The notes under the pieces were generated by a model. That model did no database searches. It was not told the DNA's origin and was given only the letters and a program-made list of their open reading frames with translations. From contig NC_086108.1 in the NCBI RefSeq assembly GCF_963921235.1, positions 9,424,001-9,488,000 on the forward strand: a DNA stretch of 64,000 bases. Direction: 5' to 3'. The translations under genes were made by a program, and so were the position numbers. The stretch is from Mobula hypostoma. Lineage: Eukaryota. Below, one piece after another: positions 1 through 11,201 of the stretch (positions are counted from its first letter, which is position 1; the number at the start of each line of letters is the position of its first letter).

Positions 1-256
1 GGCTTGTATAGCTGTGATCTGCCGGCTGTGAGCCTCATCCACATTTTTCAGATCCAACTTCAATACTGCCTCGTTAGCTTCAAACGCTTTGGGACCTCTC
101 AAAAGTCTTTCTTTAAATGACCTCAGCTGCAGCTGTTGAAGAACACCTGGCTGACCACGACACCCGTCTTTACAAGTACACCTGAGTGGATCTCCAGGCG
201 TGGGAGACCTTGGACTGCGTCTGAAAATCACCTCTCAGAGTGTGACATTACACAAG

Positions 257-492
257 GTCAAACAGATTCCAGATTGTTTAATGTCATTTCCAGTGCACAA
301 GTGTAAAGGAGAACAAAATAATTGTTACTCCAGATCCGATGCAGCACAAAAGAAACACAATGAGATAACACACTAATAAAAAAACACAATAAATATAAAT
401 GTATAAGATAGCTTATATACACAGATTGATTGTATGTCCATAAAGTGACACTAGGCACGGGAGTGTCTGTACATAAGGTGACTGAGAGAAAA
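257..492 (-). mobile_element. 3' end fragment of a Rex1/Babar- or L2-like LINE
   Basis: The block 'agatagcttatatac...ggagtgtctgtacataaggtgactga' recurs at ~28220-28580 and ~60810-61070. Those copies continue into 'cctcctccctgatggg', the antisense of a PSGRR-type LINE C-terminal motif. Confidence 0.55.
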
Positions 493-2040
493 TGGTGTTC
501 GGGAAGACTGTAATCAAAAGAGATGCAGGTACTGGAATCTGGAGCAAGGCTTGGCCCACTGGAGGAACTTGGATTCCCCTAGCGGATAGCCTGCTGCAAG
601 TTCAAGCACCCTGTCCAGACGTTGACCTGGCTGGGCTTGAGCACACTGCAGCCGGTGGGATCTTCTTGTTTATCACAATAGCACACAACACCACAAAAGC
701 GACCTCACTAGTTACAGGTGCAGCGAGACACCAACAGGAGACCCCGGTACTGTAAAAATGCAGCTTCTCACTGAGATTAATGCAAAGACTTTCACAGCGA
801 AGGGCATCTTTTTCGCAACAAGATATTTTTCTGCGTCAGCAACTGAGATTTGAGCCACAGTGTTGCTCTGAGTCAGTGGGCTGCAGATTTGATCCAGCAG
901 CTTGGCATCACCTACAGACCCACCCAGCCCTGGTGCAGTCCTGAGGGAATGCCACCCTGCCAGGGGAGGCCCTTAACCTTCACTCTCCAGAGCTGGTGGA
1001 AGTTCCCCAGGGCACCCTGGGTTGACACCTTAATCGCCATTACCGTAAGCTGATGATATGGCCCTTGCACACAGATTGGATTCAGCAAGTCCTCTGATGG
1101 TGATGATATGCAAAAGTTCACTTGCTCCAAAGTGTTTCAGGTGAAGCTGCTTTCTCCCGGCCTATCAGAATCACAACCCAATCCCCTTCCGTTCTATCAC
1201 CCTCTCCCCTGGAACTACTGACCACCTGCACGCACTCTCCCTACCCCTTCCCCCAGCAATCTCCCCTCCATCTGAAAAAGGGTCTCAGCTTGAAAAATCA
1301 GCTGTCCATGTTCCTCCACAGAAGCCATCCGACAGACTGAATTCCTCCAGGTTTCTGGGAGCTCAAAATGGGCAGGCTCCCCCCCACCCTCCCCACCAAT
1401 AAAATGGGACAGGCTCCCCCACTTCCCTCCACCCTCCCTACTAATAAGTCTGCTCCCCTCACACCTTCCCACTGCCCCCAATCTCTGCAGGATCCCACAC
1501 CCATCCTCTCTGCTGGAACACCACCTCATCTGCCTCTTCCTTGGGATCTTCTTTCCCCCGAGATCCCCGTTCTCCAGGCCAGCCATTCCGGGACCCCCGG
1601 TCATCGCCCCACTGAGCAGGGACCCTTGACCAACGGCTAACCATTCCAGGACCCTCAGTCACTGCCCCAGTCTCTCAGAATTTCTCCTCCTCCCCCCCCC
1701 GAACCCAACAAATGACCACAAATTGGGGAAACACAAGGGTACAACAGGGAGAGCGTTGCCACACAGTGCCAGAGACTGGAATTCAATATGGAGCGCACAT
1801 GTTCTCCCTGGGTGCTGGTGTGTGGGGTCCCCCATGCCTTCTGGCTTCCTGACAACATGCAGGGTTCAAGAATGGTCGTCCCTTCCCCCATGTGTGGGTC
1901 TGGGGTAGATTTTGGGCTCTGTGTGTGAATGGCTGGATGCCAGTCAGTACAGACTCTGTGAGCCTGGCTCCCTGCTGCTTCCCTCTCCGGGAGATGTCCG
2001 TGGGGCAGGAGGGGGTGGGGTGGAGGCAGGACAGGCCCCA

Positions 2041-3932
2041 TCACTTCAGCGACTCGATGTAATCGAAGTTCTGGTGCAAGAAGATGATCCGGTTGATGTC
2101 CTCGGGAGACAGTGCCGCCCCAGTGTCGTCCGGCAGCCGGCCGGAGGTGAGGAACGGCCGGCCGGCAGTGGCGGGCACGGCCAGGTAGCGACGGGCCAGG
2201 CTGGCGAGGGCGGGGAAGCGGTGTGCGTTGTCCCGCCACCACTGGAACGGGTCCGTGTGGCGCTTGCGGAGGGGCTCGGCCAGATAGCTCTCCATCTGCT
2301 GGTGGAGCTCCGGAAGGCGGTCCACCGGGTCCTCGCCAAACAGGAGATCGTACTCGCTGGGCTTGGGCTCGGCCGAGGCCCGCTCGCCCTCCGAGGAGGT
2401 GCTGGGCGAGCGCGGCTCCGGGAGCGCGGCGGAGAGCAGCGCCTTCACCCGCCGCTGCACCTGCTCCCGGGACCGGGCGCTCAGGAAGCGCAGGTCTTTG
2501 AAGCGGGGGTCCAGGAAGGAGGCGAGGACGGCGGGGTTGTCCGGCAGCTCCTCGTCACGCTGCAGGCGCCAGCGTTGGCTGATCTCAGAGCGGATCCGGG
2601 CGCAGACGGCGCCGCAGGCCGAGCAGGCCGAGCTGGCCTCGACCGGCTGCTGCCCGAGGGCGGCCAACACCCCGTGCAAGCAAGGCAGCAGGGAGGAGAC
2701 GGAGGCGTTCTGCGGCTCGCCCAGGAAAGACAGGGCCACCTTGAGGGGCTTCAGAATGGGCAGCAGGTTGCGCAGAAGCTCCCACTGGGCATCGGAGAGG
2801 TCGGGCACCGTTGGCTCCCCACCCTCCCACTCCTCCTCCTGTTGCAGAGCATCCCTGAGCGCCCAGCGTGTGTCCAGCAGCCGCCGGCACATGTCGAAGG
2901 TGGTGTCCCAGTGGCACGGGGTGTCGAGCAGCAGGGCTGGGCCCGGGGCCTCGGCGCTGCCCTCGGCCAGCCGGTCGTCGAGGCGGGCAGTGGCCCGCGG
3001 GTCTTGTTGGAAGTGAGCGACGAGGCGGCGGGCCGACAGCAGGGCGTCCTGCACCGCCTCCGTCCGCAGCCCCTGCTTGATGCACTGCTGCAGCGTGCGG
3101 GCGGCGCAGGAGAGGTGCGGGCAGTTGTCGGCCGGCCGCTCCCCGGCCCCGCCGCCGTCGCGCACCACGCAGCTCACCGCCTGCCACGGCACGCCCAGGT
3201 CGCCGAGGGCCGAGCGCAGCAGCTCCCGGCTGCCCGTGGCCGCGGGCCCGGTGCTCAGCACGCAGCGCGCCGGCCTCCAGCGGCCGTCGATGAAGTGCGC
3301 CGACACGGTCAGGTAGGCCCGCCGAGCCGGGGTGCTCCAGCCGTGCGTGGAAAGGGCCATGCAGGGCACGGCGCGAAGCTGGTGGGCCAGCCGCAGCTTG
3401 CACAGCGTGTACCTGTGGCGCAGGTGAGCGGCCAGCTGCGTCCCCGACGGCAGCCGGTAGTTGGGCTCCAGGAAGCCCAGCAGCCGCCTGAAGCCCTGGT
3501 CGGTGACCAGCGAGAGCGGCTGCAGGTCCCGGAACACCATCCCGGTGATCAGGTCGTCGATCGCCTCGTCCCGCTTCTCGACCGCCATCTCCGCGCCGTG
3601 AACCGCCATCTTCTTCAGTTCGGGCTCCTGGCCCATGGACTCCGAGGACGAGGAGCCCTCGTCGGGGAAGGGGCGCCCCTCCGCGTCGCCGAGGTGGTGC
3701 TTGCGCCGCAGGTGCTCCCGCAGGCTGGCCGTGCTGTTGTGGTAACAGAGCTGCTTGCGGCACAGGCTGCACTCCACGCAGCGCTCGTTCAGCCTCCGGA
3801 AGAAATCCCAGGCCTGCGCCCAGTCCTGGCCGCCGCCGCCCGCGGGCAATGCCCGCTTCGTCTTCAGCTCTGCCGCCCTGCGCCTTCCGCCACTGCCCAG
3901 CGGGTAGGAGCGCAGCGCCATGGAAATATCGT
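2041..3932 (-). CDS. Last and largest coding exon of a ZBED1-like hAT transposase-derived gene (BED finger 2, hAT RNase H-like core, C-terminal hAT dimerisation domain)
   Basis: Uninterrupted frame to TGA at 2043-2041. BED motif AWDFF..CSLC..YHNSTASLREHLRRKH; hAT segments DLQPLSLV..GF, AYLTVSAHFID, LASFLDPRFK, WW..RFPALASLARRYLAVPAT, LSPEDINRIIFLHQN. Acceptor ccgtctccggcag|ACGAT at 3933/3932, with a CTAAC branch point (~3974-3970) and a long pyrimidine tract. The first ~89 aa of the tracked 719-aa ORF are translated intron. Confidence 0.92.
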
Positions 3933-5259
3933 CTGCCGGAGACGGGGAGGGGAGCCAGGAGGTAGGTAGGTTAGAGGGCGCAGGTGGAGGTGAGGGAGGG
4001 AGGGTCAAGGGAGTGAGGGGAAACGAGGGAGAGTGAGGGGGTGAGAGAAGGGGAGAGAGTGGGGGGTGACAGTGGGGGTGAGAGAGAGGATGAGAGCAGG
4101 GGAGGGAGAAGGGGAGAGGGAAGGGGTGAGAGTGGGGGAGAGAGAGTGAGGGGGAAGTGGGGGGAGAGAGTGGAAGAGAGATTTCAAGTTTAATTATCAT
4201 TTAATCATACACATGATCATAGCTAAATGAAATACGTCCCTATAGGGCCAAGACAAAACAGAGAACCAACAGCACACAGTGCATAAAGCACATACAGTTA
4301 CTGTCACAGATAAACATAGTTATAACACAAAAGTCTCGCCCAAGTCCCTGAGTGTCATGATGATACCCTGGAGCCAATTTTCTGCAAGAACAAGCCTGCA
4401 GCAGTTCCTCATCTCACACAAGTGCCAGCCGCATACGAATGCGTTCCAGCTTGTCTGCCGAGCGAACACTGGAGGGCAGCACCCATGGTAGTGATCAGTA
4501 TCCAACCTCGCACTGTTACTGTGTATCAGCCTCCCACCTGTGATATTGGCTCAGCTCAGATTATCTCGTGGGAGTGGAGCTTGTCCCCAGCCTGACTTGC
4601 CACGATCTCCCTCTTTAACGGCTCCCATTCACTCACTGTCTCAATAACCTTGTCTGCAGCAAATCCTCTGTCAGAGACCATGAGACACAGCAGCAGAATT
4701 AGGCCATTTGGCCCATCGATTCTGCTCTGCCATTTCATCACAGCTGATCCATTTTCCTCTCAACCCCAATCTGCTGCCTTCTCCCCGTAACCTCTGACAC
4801 CTTTACAAATCAAGAACTTGTCAAACTCTGCTTAAATATACCCAATGTTATGGCCTCCACAGCTGCCTGTGGCAATGAATAACACAGATTCACCACTCCC
4901 TGGCTAAGGAAATTCCTTCTCATCTCTGTTCTAAATGGATGTTCTTCTGTTCTGAGGCTGTGCCCTCTGGTCCTCAACTCCCCTGCCATACGAAACATCC
5001 TCTCCACATGCACTCCATCGAGGCCTTTCAACGTTCAATAGGTTTCAAAGAGATCGCCCCCCCCAGCCACTCTTCTGAACTCCAGTGCATACAGGAACAC
5101 AGCCATTAAACACTCCTCATCCATTAACCCTTTCATTTTTGGATGTCTCCTCAACATCCTCCCTCCATAAGATCCTTTTCTGATTCAGGTCCTTTGAGTT
5201 GACATGTTAACTCCATTTCACTCCCTGTTTCCTACAACTGATGCTGCCGTCACTTGCGA

Positions 5260-6200
5260 CTCCTTCATTTCTCAGACATGTGGGCTCACCCCACCTTCCT
5301 GCTACTGTAACAGAGATAGAGTTCCTCTTGTCTTTGCCTACCACCCCATGAGTTTCCACAACCAACACGTCATCCTCTGCATCTCCAAAGGGATCCGACC
5401 ACTAAACACATCTTGACCTCTGCCCCTCTCTGCTTTCTGCAGGATTGCTCCCTCCACAATTCCCTTGTTCATCTGTCCCTCCCCACTAATCTCCCCCTGG
5501 CAATTATCCCTGCCACTGGCTAAAGTGCCTCACCTCCCTCACCCCCATTCAGGCCTCCAAACAGCCCTTCCAGATGAGGCAACACTTCACCTGCGAATCT
5601 GTTAGGGTCATCTATTCTGTCTGGTGCTCCTGATGTGGCCTCCTCTACACTGGTGAAACTCTTCGGAAATCGGGGAGACCACTTTGCTGAGCACCTCCGC
5701 TATATCCACCAAAAGCGTAACTTCCCGGTGGCCAAACATTTTAATTCCTAATCTCATTCCCATTCCAACATGTCGGTCTTGTTCCGCGATGAGGCCCCCC
5801 TCAGGGTGAAGGAGCAACACCTTATGGGTGGCCTCCAAACCGATGACATGTATATAGATTTCTCTCCCTCTCTTCTTCTGTTCCCCACTCTGGCCTTTTA
5901 GCTCTCCTCACCTGCCTATCACCTCCCCGTGGGTCCCCTCCTCCGTCCCTTTCTCCAATGGTCCACTTTCCTCTTCCATCAGATTCCCTCCTCTCCAGCC
6001 CTTTACCTTTCCCACCCGCCTGGCTTCATCTATCACCTTCTGGCTAGCCTCCTTTCCCTCCTCCTACCTTCTTATTTCTGGCACCTTCCTCTTTCTTCCT
6101 CAGTCCTGAAGAAGGTTCTGGGCCCAAAACGTTGCCTGTTTATTCCTTTCCACAGATGCTGCCTGACCTGCTGAGTTCCTCCAGCACTTTGTGTGTGTTG
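5260..6200 (+). mobile_element. Degenerate Penelope-like element, 3' portion (GIY-YIG region and tail)
   Basis: Colinear with 35600-36600 (RDRVPLV..YHP, aacacttcacctgcgaatct, gctgcctgacctgctgagttcctccagca tail); frameshifted. Confidence 0.8.
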
Positions 6201-6320
6201 CTTCTCTCTCCAGATTGAACCTGACCTGCTGCAGAATACTTTAGCCTCCTTGCAGTGTTCTGAGGGGCCCTGAGTGCTGCCTAGGGTTAATGTAACAGGA
6301 CACAGTGAGCCACGCTGTAC

Positions 6321-6456
6321 CTTCGATTACTGGAGGGTAGGTGTCACCATCTCCCAGGGCGGAGTGCCATTCCAGTTCCTCACCTTCCTCGAGCTGGGCT
6401 GCACACTCCCGCAACATGTTGGAAATCCTCTTACTGCTCTGCGAGGTGTGGGATGC
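6321..6456 (-). CDS. Internal linker exon of the ZBED-like gene (ASHTSQSSKRISNMLRECAAQLEEGEELEWHSALGDGDTYPPVIE)
   Basis: Acceptor ttctttcgttcattctccccag|GCA and donor GAAG|gtacag (alternative GAAG|gtgagg ending at 6384). The 136-nt exon is open and runs phase 0 to phase 1, exactly bridging the phase-0 donor at 10941 and the phase-1 acceptor at 3932. Confidence 0.7.
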
Positions 6457-7904
6457 CTGGGGAGAATGAACGAAAGAAGATCAGTCCTTCCCTTGCAGGC
6501 CCGGCCCTGGGACAGGGTAAGGAACGGCATTGTGTCTGTGCATAGCAGAGGTGAGAGTTGGGGTTAAGTTGCCTACACAGACTGGAGGGCGTCAAATTGA
6601 CCATCAGCTGAGCTTCATGCATCATTAAAATTGGCGTAAATTAGAACTTGGAGTAAAATAACACCACAGTCTTTCTCCAACTGGGTTGAGGGTTTTACAG
6701 GTGTTCTGCCCTTCGGGAAATTCATTTATGTTTTTCTATGTGATTGAGTACATTCAACTTTTATATTAATGAGCAGTTTCTGATCTGTATTAGGTCACTT
6801 TCTGTGCAGAGAGGATAGCACATTAGCTGGCAAAAAGCCAGAGGTTTATGGTAGGCGCAAAAGAAGTTTCTATCTGAAGCCACCCTGTTATCTCCCCAGC
6901 AGAAGCATTGCTTGTAAGTAGATGTTATATTGTTTAGAAGTTAATGTAAATGTATCAATAAGATTTTGCTGAAATAGAATAGGTATTACCGGCTGCTCAT
7001 AAGACCATCCACCACCTGCTCCCATGGCTTCACCGGACCCTGATTGGGGAGGCTAAGCAGATGCTACACCTTGCCCAAGGGTGACCTGCAGGCTAGTTGA
7101 GGGAAGGAGCACCTTACATCTCCCTTGGTAGAGATGTATCTCCACCCCGCCACCCTAATGTGGTTGAGAGCGATAATTAATCAGACATGATGGAATGATG
7201 GAGCAGACTCACTGAATTGAATGACCCAATTCTGCTCCCATGTCTCATGCTTTGAAAAAAAAAACACTTTCAAGTTGTGCCAAACTAACTAAGGATCAAC
7301 TTTATTCATCCAATCCCTACTAACCGCCTGTTACGCCAGTGGCGTTTAGGGCCGCAGTGAAGGCCCTCCATGTCTGTCTGTATAGAAGGTTTCTTCATTG
7401 CTGTTTCTGTAACAATTTTATTTGACCAGTCAGGGTTGTTGGCCCGGAGCTGAACACCAGAACCTGGAGGACTGGTGGACCACTCTTAGTCTGGCCTCTA
7501 CCCTTTGACCTGTTTGGCATGGGTGACCCTACCAAGAGCCAAAACATAAAGCCCTGACTCCAGACAACATAGTTCTCTGGGGCATCGAGGCATACCAGCC
7601 TCCAAACTACGGCTAGGTTATGGTCCTCTTGGGGAATTCATCATGTCTCTTTACATTAGGAATTTGCTGTGATGTGTTGGTTAGGGCGCGACATGCAACA
7701 AAGAACAAAATTCAACAGTTATAAGAAAAAGGATTTAAATTAAAAAAATAAACACGTTAAAGCATGGAATAAAATGTACACAAATACATAAATGTAAACA
7801 ACATTATAAAGGGAGATTTGGAGTGTTTACAGTGCACTGCAGTGACAGACTAATAGAGCTCATGATACGTAACTAAATGAATCCCTTCTGTCTGCACATG
7901 ATCC

Positions 7905-8420
7905 ATATCAGAATCTGGTTTAATATCACCAGAATGTGTCGTGAAATTTGTTAACTTTGCCGCAGCAGTTCAATGCAATACATGATAATATAGAAAAAAC
8001 TGTGAATTACAGTAAGTATATAGATATATAAAATAGATAAATAAGTGGCATAAAAATAGAAATAAAAAGGTAGTGAGGCAGTGTTCATGGGCTCATTGTC
8101 CATTCAGAAATCTGATGGCAGAGGGGAAGAAGCTGTTCCTGAATCGTTGAGTGTGTGCCTTCAGGCTTCTGTACCTCCATCTTGATGGTAAGTGAGAAGA
8201 GAGCATGAACTGGGTGATGGGGGTCCTTAATGATGGACGCTGCCTTTTTGAGGCATCGCTCCTTGAAGATGTCCTGGAGGTTACAGAGGCCCGTGCCCAT
8301 GATGGAGCTGACTGAGTTTACAACTCATTTTGATCCTGTGCAGTAGCCCCCCCCAATACCAGTCATGACGCAGCCAGTTAGAATGCTCTTCACAGTGCAT
8401 CTGTAGAAATTTGTGATAAA
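7905..8420 (-). mobile_element. Rex1/Babar-like LINE 3' fragment
   Basis: Minus translation RCLKKAASIIKDPHHPVHALFS, followed by an A/T-rich tail. Confidence 0.7.
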
Positions 8421-9458
8421 TCTGTCTTCGCTACATATTTGAGTGTTTCTAAGAACATTTTAAAAGTTTCTATTGTACCTACCTCCACCGCCATGCCTGG
8501 TATCTACAGTACCACTGTGTAAAAAAAATTTTGTGCATCTCCCTCTCTCACCTTAAATGCATGGTCATAGGGGACTACAGTGCAGAAACAGGCCCTTTGG
8601 CCCATCTAGATCATGCGGCACTGGTTTTCTATCTACCCGCTCTGCACCATAGCCTCCCATACCCCTCCTATCCATGACCCTGACTAAACTTCTCTTAAAT
8701 GTTGCAATCAAACCCGTATCCCACCACTTCCGCTGGCAGCTCATTCCACACTCACACCACCCTCTGAGCGAAGACATTCCCCTCATGTTCCCCTTACGTA
8801 TTTCACCTTTCACCCTGAACCTATGACCTCTGTATAAGGGGGAAAGCCTGCAAGCATCTACCCTGTTACAGAATCCTGAGAAAAAAATACTGTCTACTCG
8901 ATATATCAACGTCTCTAATAATCTTATGAACTTCTATCAGGTCTCCTCTCAACCCTGGCTCTCCAGAGAAGACCCACAAATTTGTCCAACCTCATACCCT
9001 CTAATCCAGGCAGCATCCTGGTAAACCTCATCTGAACCCTCTCTGAGGCCTCCACACTTTTCCTGTACTGGGGTGACCAGAACTGAATGCAATACTCCAG
9101 GTATTGGGTGATGGACAGGGTGGAGATACGTCTCTACTAAAGGAGGTGTAAGGCGCTCCTTCCTTCCACTAGCTTGCAGGTCACCTGTCTTGTAAAGACA
9201 CTACCCAGATGAAGGCAATGGAAAACCACTTCTGTGGAAAAATTTGCCAAGAAGCATGACGACCACGATCATACGACACGGCTTGTAATGATGATGTCAC
9301 CTGGCATGGCCCATAAAGATGATGATGATGCGTAAACAAAGACAGACAAACAACCAGTGTGTAAAAGAAGGCAAATAAGAAATAAGCAAATAATACTGAG
9401 AACGTGAGTTGTGGAATCCTCGTAAAATGAGTCTCTACGTTGTAGAATCAGTTCAGTG

Positions 9459-10217
9459 TTGTGGGGAGTGAAGTTATCCACACTGGTTCAGGAGCCTGAT
9501 GGTTGTGGGGTGATAACTGTTCCTGAACCTGGTGGTGTGGGACCTGAGGCTCATTGTGGTGAGTGAAGTTATCCACACTGGTTCAGGAGCCTGATGGTTG
9601 AGGGGTAATAACTGTTCCTGAACCCGGTGGTGTGGGACCTGAGGCTCATTGTGGTGAGTGAAGTTATCCACACTGGTTCAGGAGCCTGATGGTTGTGGGG
9701 TAATAACTGTTCCTGAACCTGGTGGTGTGGGACCTGAGGCTCATTGTGGTGAGTGAAGTTATCCACACTGGTTCAGGAGCCTGATGGTTGTGGGGTAATA
9801 ACTGTTCCTGAACCTGGTGGTGTGGGACCTGAGGCTCACTGTGCTGAGTGAAGTTATCCACACTGGTTCAGGAGCCTGACGGTTGTGGGGTAATAACTGT
9901 TCCTGAACCTGGTGGTGTGGGACCTGAGGCTCATTGTGGTGACTGAAGTTATCCACACTGGTTCAGGAGTCTGATGGTTGTGGGGTAATAACTGTTCCTG
10001 AACCTGGTGGTGTGGGACCTGAGGCTCATTGTGGGGAGTGAAGTTATCCACACTGGTTCAGGAGCCTGACGGTTGTGGGGTAATAACTGTTCCTGAACCT
10101 GGTGGTGTGGGACCTGAGGCTCATTGTGGTGAGTGAAGTTATCCACACTGGTTCAGGAGCCTGATGGTTGTGGGGTAATAACTGTTCCTGAACCTGGTGG
10201 TGTGGGACCTGAGGCTC
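9459..10217. repeat. 95-bp tandem repeat, 8 copies, derived from a LINE 3' coding end
   Basis: Unit 'gtgaagttatccacactggttcaggagcctgatggttgtggggtaataactgttcctgaacctggtggtgtgggacctgaggctcattgtggtga' starts at 9468, 9563, 9658, 9753, 9848, 9943, 10038 and 10133. Copies are near-identical and have no spacers. Confidence 0.95.
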
Positions 10218-10637
10218 CTGTACCTTTTTCCTGAGGGCAGCTGTGAGAAGAGAGCATGTCCTGGGTGGTGGGGGTCCCTGATGATGGATACTACTTTCTT
10301 GTGGCAGCACTCTGATCATTAAGGACCCCCATCATAGGAAACTAAGTACCCCCTCCTTTTCTGATATCAGGCCATGAGGTGCCCAGACCAGTTACATACA
10401 TCCAGTTCTTTAGCCAGGGAGTGGTGAATCTGTGGAATTCATTGCTGCAGGTGGCTGTGGAGGCAAAGTCTTTATGTATATTTAAGGCAGAGGATGATAG
10501 ATTCTTGATTGATCAGGGCATGAAGGGACTCAGGGAGAAGGCAGGAGACTGGGGCTGAGAGGGATAAAGGATCAGCGGTGATGGAATGGCAAAGCAGGCT
10601 CGATGGGCCAAACGGCCTAATTCCTCTCCTATGTCTT

Positions 10638-10942
10638 ATGATCCACAGTTCACATGTTTATATTTGGGGTAAAGACTCACAGTACACGTATGATGCACTG
10701 TACACATGTTTATATTTGGAATAAAGACTCAACAGTACACGTATGATCCACAGTTCACATGTTTATATTTGGGGTAAAGACTCACAGTACACGTATGATC
10801 CACTGTACACATGTTTATATTTGGAATAAAGACTCAACAGTACACGTATGATCCACAGTTCACGTGTTTATATTTGGAATAAAGACTCACAGTACACGTA
10901 TGATGCACAGTTCACATTTATACTTGGAATAAAGACTCACAG
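10638..10942. repeat. 52/53-bp minisatellite, ~5.8 copies, alternating variants
   Basis: Unit atgatccacagttcacatgtttatatttgg(gg/aa)taaagactca(a)cagtacacgt; the last copy abuts the BED exon donor. Confidence 0.9.
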
Positions 10943-11201
10943 AGCTATCAATGCCAATAAGTTCAGTGATCTTCGGACACCTCTCCTTCACACTGACAGT
11001 CTTCTCTGCCGTGCTGTGGGCGGCGGGCAGGTCACCACGATCGCTCTCCTCTGTGAAGTGGATGTGATGATTCCGTTGCAGGTGTAACCGCAGCACTGTG
11101 CTGCTGCCGGAACACACCAGCTGGGCGCCACACACGTTGCAGATGATGGCTTTGTCGTCCCTCCGCGTCACGTACTTCCAGACCTCGCCGACGCGGGGCA
11201 T
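10941..11201 (-). CDS. First coding exon of the ZBED-like gene (BED zinc finger 1)
   Basis: gagccATG Kozak context. MPRVGEVWKYVTRRDDKAIICNVCGAQLVCSGSSTVLRLHLQRNHH fits the BED W..C-x2-C..H-x3-4-H pattern. Donor TCT|gtgagt after 87 codons; candidate upstream acceptor ccctctttcag at ~11234. Confidence 0.8.

Noticed and set aside
1..235. Open minus-strand frame running off the window (..FKERLLRGPKAFEANEAVLKLDLKNVDE..)
   Set aside because: No start codon, strong acceptor or family motif recognised; LKLDLKN only faintly recalls an RT motif. Needs flanking sequence.
1363..1447. Short ~40-bp tandem duplication in the presumed ZBED 3' UTR
   Set aside because: Two imperfect C-rich copies; its AATAAA is on the wrong strand for the gene.
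1912..3969. 685-aa plus-strand ORF (and the 395-aa and 217-aa overlapping ORFs)
   Set aside because: Shadow frames of the GC3-rich ZBED exon; no recognisable domain.
3933..4200. Pro/Ser/Leu-rich N-terminus of the tracked 719-aa ORF
   Set aside because: Translation of the intronic polypyrimidine tract upstream of a clear branch point and acceptor.
9459..10217. CRISPR-like regular array and repeated 65-aa ORFs
   Set aside because: No unique spacers, no cas genes, eukaryotic context; the unit is LINE-derived.
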